Position numbers and translations under genes: made by a program. Of a stretch of DNA of 64,000 bases, positions 58,926 through 64,000 are shown piece after piece. The DNA lies in the NCBI GenBank assembly GCA_965205015.1, contig OZ242029.1:2464001-2528000 (forward strand). Reading direction: 5' to 3'. Source of the DNA: Candidatus Poribacteria bacterium (lineage in GTDB: Bacteria; Poribacteria; WGA-4E; WGA-3G). The number at the start of each line of letters is the position of its first letter. Position 1 is the first letter of the stretch. Below the pieces are notes generated by a model that was not told the DNA's origin, did not search any database, and was given only the letters and a program-made list of their open reading frames with translations.

Positions 58926-60170
58926 ATGGCAAGAGAAAGAACCGTCAAATTCCCCCCCCGCAAACGAGGCGGAAAACTTACAGTCCGTCAGGTTGAACGC
59001 GCAGTGAAAAAGGTCATTCGTGAGCGGCTTGAGTGGGAAGCCTCAGAATCCTATCAGCGTATCTATTCTACGCAATCTACGCTACTACTTGAGGCCATAG
59101 CTGAAACATTGGATATATCTGAAACCCACTATGAATCCGCGGTAAAACGTTACAAAGGGATCCGTGCGTGGTTAGAACGAGATGAATCCAGCGTTGCCCG
59201 TTATAATCCTGAAATTTATCCTCAAGGTTCTTTTGCACTCGGCACGGTTACGAAACCTCTTTCTGATGCCGAAGTGTACGACATAGACTTTGTTTGTGAG
59301 TTGAAACTTCAGAAAACAGAGATCAGTCAAAAGCAACTCGACAAGTTAGTGGGACAAGAAATCAAATCCTATGCACGTACTAATGACATAAATTCTCAAC
59401 CTGAAGAAAGTCGGTATCTTTGGACGCTGAATTATGTCGATGGTGCTCAGTTTCATGTAAATATCTTACCAGCTATTCCGGACGCAGAGTCTTTCAAAGA
59501 ATTTATTGCGTCAAAGGGTTCCGTGCCGTCTGATTGGTCAGATTCCGCGATTGCAATTACAGACAATACGCTTCCCAATTATTGCCGAATTGATGCCGAC
59601 TGGCCACGCAGTAATCCAAAGGGGTACGCAGAATGGTTCCGAAGTCGTATGGACAATGTGCCTGAGTATAAAGTGAAAACCCCACTTCAGCAATCGATCC
59701 AGATATTAAAACGGCACCGCGATATCTGGTTTGATGAAAATCAATCTGCTTACGAGGAAAAGGCGAAACCGATCTCTATCATCATTACAACACTTGCAGC
59801 CCGTGCTTATGATAATCAAGCCGATCTGCAGCAAGCACTAATGAAAATTGTGACGGGAATGCAGGGGCATATTGCGGCTTACAAGACAGGTGTAGTTGTC
59901 CTACCCAATCCGGTAAACTCGCTTGAGAATCTTGCCGAGGAGTGGCAGGAGTATCCCATCCGAAGAGTCTGCTTTGAGGACTGGCTTAAACAGATATACT
60001 CGGACCTGACACAAGCGTTAGCACTAAGTGATATTCAGAGCGTAGCGGAATCGCTCAAACTTTGCTTGGGTGAGCGTGTTATCAGCGATGCATTACGGAA
60101 CGCCTTAGCATCAACAGGAGTCTCAGAAAACCCTATGCACGGTAACTTGAGCCATGAGATTAACCGATAA
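58926..60170 (+). CDS. cGAS/DncV-like nucleotidyltransferase (CD-NTase/SMODS), atypical
   Basis: LDIS...A..RY, PQGSFALGT, YDID, SNPKGYAEWF, KTPLQ..IQILKRHRD, PISIIITTLAA, NPVN..EN...W. Confidence 0.88.
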   Translation: MARERTVKFPPRKRGGKLTVRQVERAVKKVIRERLEWEASESYQRIYSTQSTLLLEAIAETLDISETHYESAVKRYKGIRAWLERDESSVARYNPEIYPQGSFALGTVTKPLSDAEVYDIDFVCELKLQKTEISQKQLDKLVGQEIKSYARTNDINSQPEESRYLWTLNYVDGAQFHVNILPAIPDAESFKEFIASKGSVPSDWSDSAIAITDNTLPNYCRIDADWPRSNPKGYAEWFRSRMDNVPEYKVKTPLQQSIQILKRHRDIWFDENQSAYEEKAKPISIIITTLAARAYDNQADLQQALMKIVTGMQGHIAAYKTGVVVLPNPVNSLENLAEEWQEYPIRRVCFEDWLKQIYSDLTQALALSDIQSVAESLKLCLGERVISDALRNALASTGVSENPMHGNLSHEINR

Positions 60171-60300
60171 CTAAACTAAACGGCTATATCTTACCCCAGA
60201 ACTTATAGTATACGGTGCGGGTCAAATGCCTGAAAGAATCGCACATCAGATTGGTTGGGACTGAGGTAGAATAGCGCAGAAACAGACGAGACTTTTCGGA

Positions 60301-61098
60301 TTAGTAGCGTTCAGTCCCTGACCGCTTGAGTATCCCCCATGTTACCGCAAGCTTCCCCGATGCCTCGACGGCTAATGCCTCGCGCATGTTCATCGTGATG
60401 TCCTGAATTTCCTCTTCGGTGAGTGCCTGATTGAACATTGCGACTTCATCGAGCACACCTGACCAGAAATCGCCTCTCGGATTCCCCCAGCGTCCGATGC
60501 GGACGGGTTCCGTATTGTGATCCGGCGGGATTTCAGTCTTGGTTTCGCCTTCCATCACACCGTCAAAATACGCCCGAAGGAACGTGCCATCAAAGGTCGC
60601 AGCGACGTGATGCCATTTGCCGTCGGCAGCGACCGTCTTGCTAAAGGCGGTCTTCCATGCACCAGCAGTGGTGTAGTTCACGCCAAGTAGGTTCGTATTG
60701 CCGGCAACGAAGATCCCATAATTCCTCGGGTTCCCAGCGACAGGTTCCTTCCCGATCACGGTTTGCCAGAGACCGGTTGGTTCCGTTTTGATCCACGCCG
60801 ATATTGTGTATTCGGTGAGATCGAAATCGGCGTGATGTGGGATTTCTACGATATTACCATCACCGTTGAATTCGAGAGCCGCTCCTATTTTGCCTTGAAC
60901 CCATTTCGCGCCCTGAATATCGCCATCATGCCCATTCTCAGAGGTATCTTTCGCTGTCCCACCTTGGTTTTCGTCGAAAAGCCATGCGCCAACGAGTGCG
61001 TCTTCCAATACGTCCGTTGTACATATATTGGTACTACACAGAAGAACTACCAACAACATTATCAACATCATCACAGGTCGTTTTTGAACAGGCATCAT
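60301..61098 (-). CDS. Secreted LamG-like jellyroll protein
   Basis: Signal peptide, WLFDE, GKIGAALEFNG, WHHVA, LDE; C-terminal AVEASGKLAVTWGILK. Confidence 0.88.
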   Translation of the reverse strand: MMPVQKRPVMMLIMLLVVLLCSTNICTTDVLEDALVGAWLFDENQGGTAKDTSENGHDGDIQGAKWVQGKIGAALEFNGDGNIVEIPHHADFDLTEYTISAWIKTEPTGLWQTVIGKEPVAGNPRNYGIFVAGNTNLLGVNYTTAGAWKTAFSKTVAADGKWHHVAATFDGTFLRAYFDGVMEGETKTEIPPDHNTEPVRIGRWGNPRGDFWSGVLDEVAMFNQALTEEEIQDITMNMREALAVEASGKLAVTWGILKRSGTERY

Positions 61099-61239
61099 TG
61101 TGTGTTCCTTTGGTGTCGAACCCAATCTCGGATGTCTTCATCAACAATTCATTGGAGGACAGACGCAATTTGGGATGGTGCAAGCGGCGGTCCCTCATAC
61201 CGATTTTTCATCTCTGGCATTTTCGGACATTGGCGTATA

Positions 61240-62016
61240 TCAATCCTGAGTCTTGAGTGTGCCCCAAGTTACCGCCAGCTTTCCAGTAGGTTCAATCGCT
61301 AACGCCAGTGTATGCAATCTCCTCACGTCGGTATCACTGAACGCCCCTTCAAAAATCGCAATTTCGTCAATGCCACCGGCGTACCAGATACCGCCCAAAT
61401 GCTGTGTGTAGGCGATTGTCGGCTTATGCGCGGCACCGTAGGCAATACTGATGGGATCAGGGGCTGGAGTCGTCTTTTTGAGCTCACCGTCCAAGTAGAT
61501 TCGGACGGACTTTTTGCTCTCAACAACCCCAACGACATGATGCCACTCGCCGTCAGTGGGGAACGGTACATAGGCGGAGGGCCAATGCTTTGCGGCGTTC
61601 GCCGTGTCCGCTCGAATCCAGATGCCAACATTATTGTTATCAAGCAGTTGGATACCGTAATTGTATTTGTCATAGATCGGATTTCGTGTCCCAAGGGTCG
61701 GCTTAATAATCGCCTCCATCGTCACAGAAGGGAAGAAGATGTCCTCACCGATTCGTATCAAATCAACAACACCATCAAAATCGAGGGCTTCACTGCGAAA
61801 TCCGTCGATGTGGTCGGGTTTGCCCGTAACGGTTCCGCCGTTCTTCCCCAAAACATCTTCAACTTTTTTCCCTTGAACGGTGTCTTTGTCAAAGGTCCAA
61901 AGTGCCGCAAGCCCCATTTTTACTCTCGGATCCTCGGCTTCTGCGGACTGAATTACCGTGATAGAAATTACAAAACTGACTAAAAGCAGAACAGAGGCAG
62001 ACAATTTCGTTTTCAT
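61240..62016 (-). CDS. Secreted LamG-like jellyroll protein
   Basis: Signal peptide, WTFD, ALDFDG, WHHVV, IDE; C-terminal AIEPTGKLAVTWGTLK. Confidence 0.88.
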   Translation of the reverse strand: MKTKLSASVLLLVSFVISITVIQSAEAEDPRVKMGLAALWTFDKDTVQGKKVEDVLGKNGGTVTGKPDHIDGFRSEALDFDGVVDLIRIGEDIFFPSVTMEAIIKPTLGTRNPIYDKYNYGIQLLDNNNVGIWIRADTANAAKHWPSAYVPFPTDGEWHHVVGVVESKKSVRIYLDGELKKTTPAPDPISIAYGAAHKPTIAYTQHLGGIWYAGGIDEIAIFEGAFSDTDVRRLHTLALAIEPTGKLAVTWGTLKTQD

Positions 62017-62208
62017 GGATCAGTCCTCCTTAGATTCTGATTTCCGCCTAAACAATTTGATGTACGCACTGAAAATCTCCTACAATTTTAGATATTTAGA
62101 AAAACGTGTCAAGTTTCTTCAAGCGGATTACATTTTTTCATACCTTTAGGCCATCAGGTGAAGTTGTTTTGGATAATGTCCGAATCAATCATGCCCTCCA
62201 TAATCATA

Positions 62209-63063
62209 TCAAGCGGATTCGGAGATTGGGAGCACATCGCGCTCGACTTCGTGGACTTTACTGGGATAAGTTTTGCCGCGAATCCACATGACAGCGCAAC
62301 CTCGCTCCGGTTTAGGCGTCACCCATTCTGCTTGCGCACTGAGGTAATGGGCGACGAAACTCCGGCGGAACCGTAGACTGTGGTTGTCCATGCTCTTGTG
62401 CAGGAGATGACTATGGAACCAGATGACGGCACCAGGTGGCACTTCTACCGCTACACCGTCTTCATCGCGAACACCGCGTGCCATTTTGAACTCCCGCTGC
62501 TGTGAGCCTTCAAGGTCTCCATGCTGAAAGATGTCCCATTTATGGCTACCAGGGATGACGTAGAGACAACCGTTCTCTTTGTCTGCCGGGTCAATAGCCG
62601 TCCATGTTCCAACAGTCGTCTCTGTATTAAACCGAGTGCGGAAGTAGAACTTATCTTGATGCCACGGGAAACCGAGACCAATCTTGGGAGCCTTCCAAAT
62701 GAACAACGTGTTGATACCGAGAATATCTGGACCAAGTAGATCGACCAATGGATCAGTGAGCCGAGGATCCCGCACACGTGTGAGGAATTCTGGGTCGTAG
62801 CAACTCGGAAAATGGATTTTGTGCATCGCGTAGATGCCTTGCTGTGCTGCTTTCCCGTCTCTGACGAGGGCATTTTGATCGATGTGTACGGACGGGAAGG
62901 GACGTTTTCTGTCCACAATGTCTTCAGCGACTTGGCGGAATGCATCGTTCTCTTCGGGGGTGAATACGTTCAAACGGACAAGGTAACCGTTCTCGTTCCA
63001 GTATGAGAGTTCATCCGGGCTTAGTTTAAAACGCCGATTCTGTGGTGTTGGTTCTGCGTTCAT
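62209..63063 (-). CDS. PhyH family dioxygenase
   Basis: WHQD, ENGCLYVIPGSH, LLHKS..N..RR. Confidence 0.9.
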   Translation of the reverse strand: MNAEPTPQNRRFKLSPDELSYWNENGYLVRLNVFTPEENDAFRQVAEDIVDRKRPFPSVHIDQNALVRDGKAAQQGIYAMHKIHFPSCYDPEFLTRVRDPRLTDPLVDLLGPDILGINTLFIWKAPKIGLGFPWHQDKFYFRTRFNTETTVGTWTAIDPADKENGCLYVIPGSHKWDIFQHGDLEGSQQREFKMARGVRDEDGVAVEVPPGAVIWFHSHLLHKSMDNHSLRFRRSFVAHYLSAQAEWVTPKPERGCAVMWIRGKTYPSKVHEVERDVLPISESA

Positions 63064-63295
63064 TTTAATCTCCTGTTCCTTGATTTGCAGCGGTGGGCGA
63101 CAATCTTTTGAAGGGCTGTGGAAATAATAACACATTTGGTGGAAAAGTCAACCCGTTTTTTCTTGACAGATATTGTAGTAAAGTGTATCTTCGTGAGTAA
63201 TTATCAAGTACGAACCGCTAAAGTTTTGAGAAATATGTGAAGTGTGCTAAAATAGCGTATTGGTTCAAAGTCACTATCTAACAGGAGGAATGACA

Positions 63296-64000
63296 ATGAA
63301 CACGAATGAAGCATCAGTGAAAGAGACCTACCGCGCGACAGCGTTTGCAGATTTCCAACCTGAACTTTCGGCTCCGGGTGCCACACCTGAAAGATTGGCA
63401 TACCTGAAGGAGCACGGTTTTGTCATCATCAACGACTTTGTTGATAATCCGTGGATTCCCATTCTTCGGGAGGCAGGTCGCCGTGTCACGGAGGCGTGTG
63501 CCCCCGAGCACTGCTACGACACGATCGACTGCTCAAAGGGCTACGTCCACCGTGCCGCGGAAGATGAACCGTGGGCGATCCGAGGACTTATCCATCCCGC
63601 TTTCGGTGAACCGAGTTTCTCCGAATTCCACGGCTCTTCGGATTTCTTGGACTTTGTTGCCTCTTGGTGTCACGGACTTCAACCTGAGGACCTGACGTTT
63701 AGTGGTATGCTACTGTGGGCAAATCCGCGAAAGAACGAAAATGGACCCAGTTGGCACAGAGACGTGACGTGGTGGGGGGACGGCGCAGGCTACTTCTCAC
63801 AGCGGGAAATCCGCGGAGATACCCCTGAAGACTATTCCGAAGCGGTAGAACGGATCCGCTGGAAAGAAATTCAAGAAAGTAATGAGAAACGAATTACCGA
63901 GCGGAACGGCGTGAGCATGTTTTTGGCACTCACAGACGACGAATGCCATGAGTTGATTCCAGGCAGCCATCATCGATGGCGCACTCCCTTTGAGCATGAC
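63296..64000 (+). CDS. PhyH-like dioxygenase, truncated by window end (absent from ORF track)
   Basis: AGGAGG RBS; manual translation MNTNEAS...LKEHGFVII...WHRD...LALTDDECHELIPGSH. Confidence 0.8.
   Translation, partial: MNTNEASVKETYRATAFADFQPELSAPGATPERLAYLKEHGFVIINDFVDNPWIPILREAGRRVTEACAPEHCYDTIDCSKGYVHRAAEDEPWAIRGLIHPAFGEPSFSEFHGSSDFLDFVASWCHGLQPEDLTFSGMLLWANPRKNENGPSWHRDVTWWGDGAGYFSQREIRGDTPEDYSEAVERIRWKEIQESNEKRITERNGVSMFLALTDDECHELIPGSHHRWRTPFEHD

Noticed and set aside
60171-60300. Possible ncRNA or missing CBASS effector after the CD-NTase
   Set aside because: Only 130 bp with no ORF in the track or convincing structure before the convergent LamG gene.

Overview
Bacterial chromosomal window of about 50% GC. 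The gene content strongly suggests Candidatus Poribacteria, by inference from nine PhyH-family dioxygenases, three enolase-superfamily dehydratases, two sulfatases, two Uma2 nucleases, two DUF6785-type membrane proteins and three LamG proteins ending in AVE(P/A)xxKLAxTWGxLK. Most of the window is scattered catabolic and accessory genes with many REP/MITE-like palindromes. Five loci stand out. (1) A defence-type island at 51.6-60.2 kb holds a type IIG-like R-M fusion, an OLD-like ABC-ATPase/TOPRIM protein, an orphan DUF433 gene and a two-gene operon. The operon pairs a TIR/nucleoside-deoxyribosyltransferase-like protein with an atypical cGAS/DncV-like CD-NTase. (2) A sigma-54 activator carries an N-terminal Rieske [2Fe-2S] domain; its binding palindromes and a perfect -24/-12 target promoter can be read directly. 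(3) A transposase-less and TnpB-less IS200/IS605 derivative keeps an omega-RNA-like 3' end and its own promoter, and sits in a 5' UTR. (4) A four-layer nested repeat element lies inside the sigma-54 enhancer region. (5) A candidate C-terminal sorting signal is shared by the LamG proteins. No rRNA, tRNA or CRISPR array was seen. All family calls are from motif recognition, not database searches.
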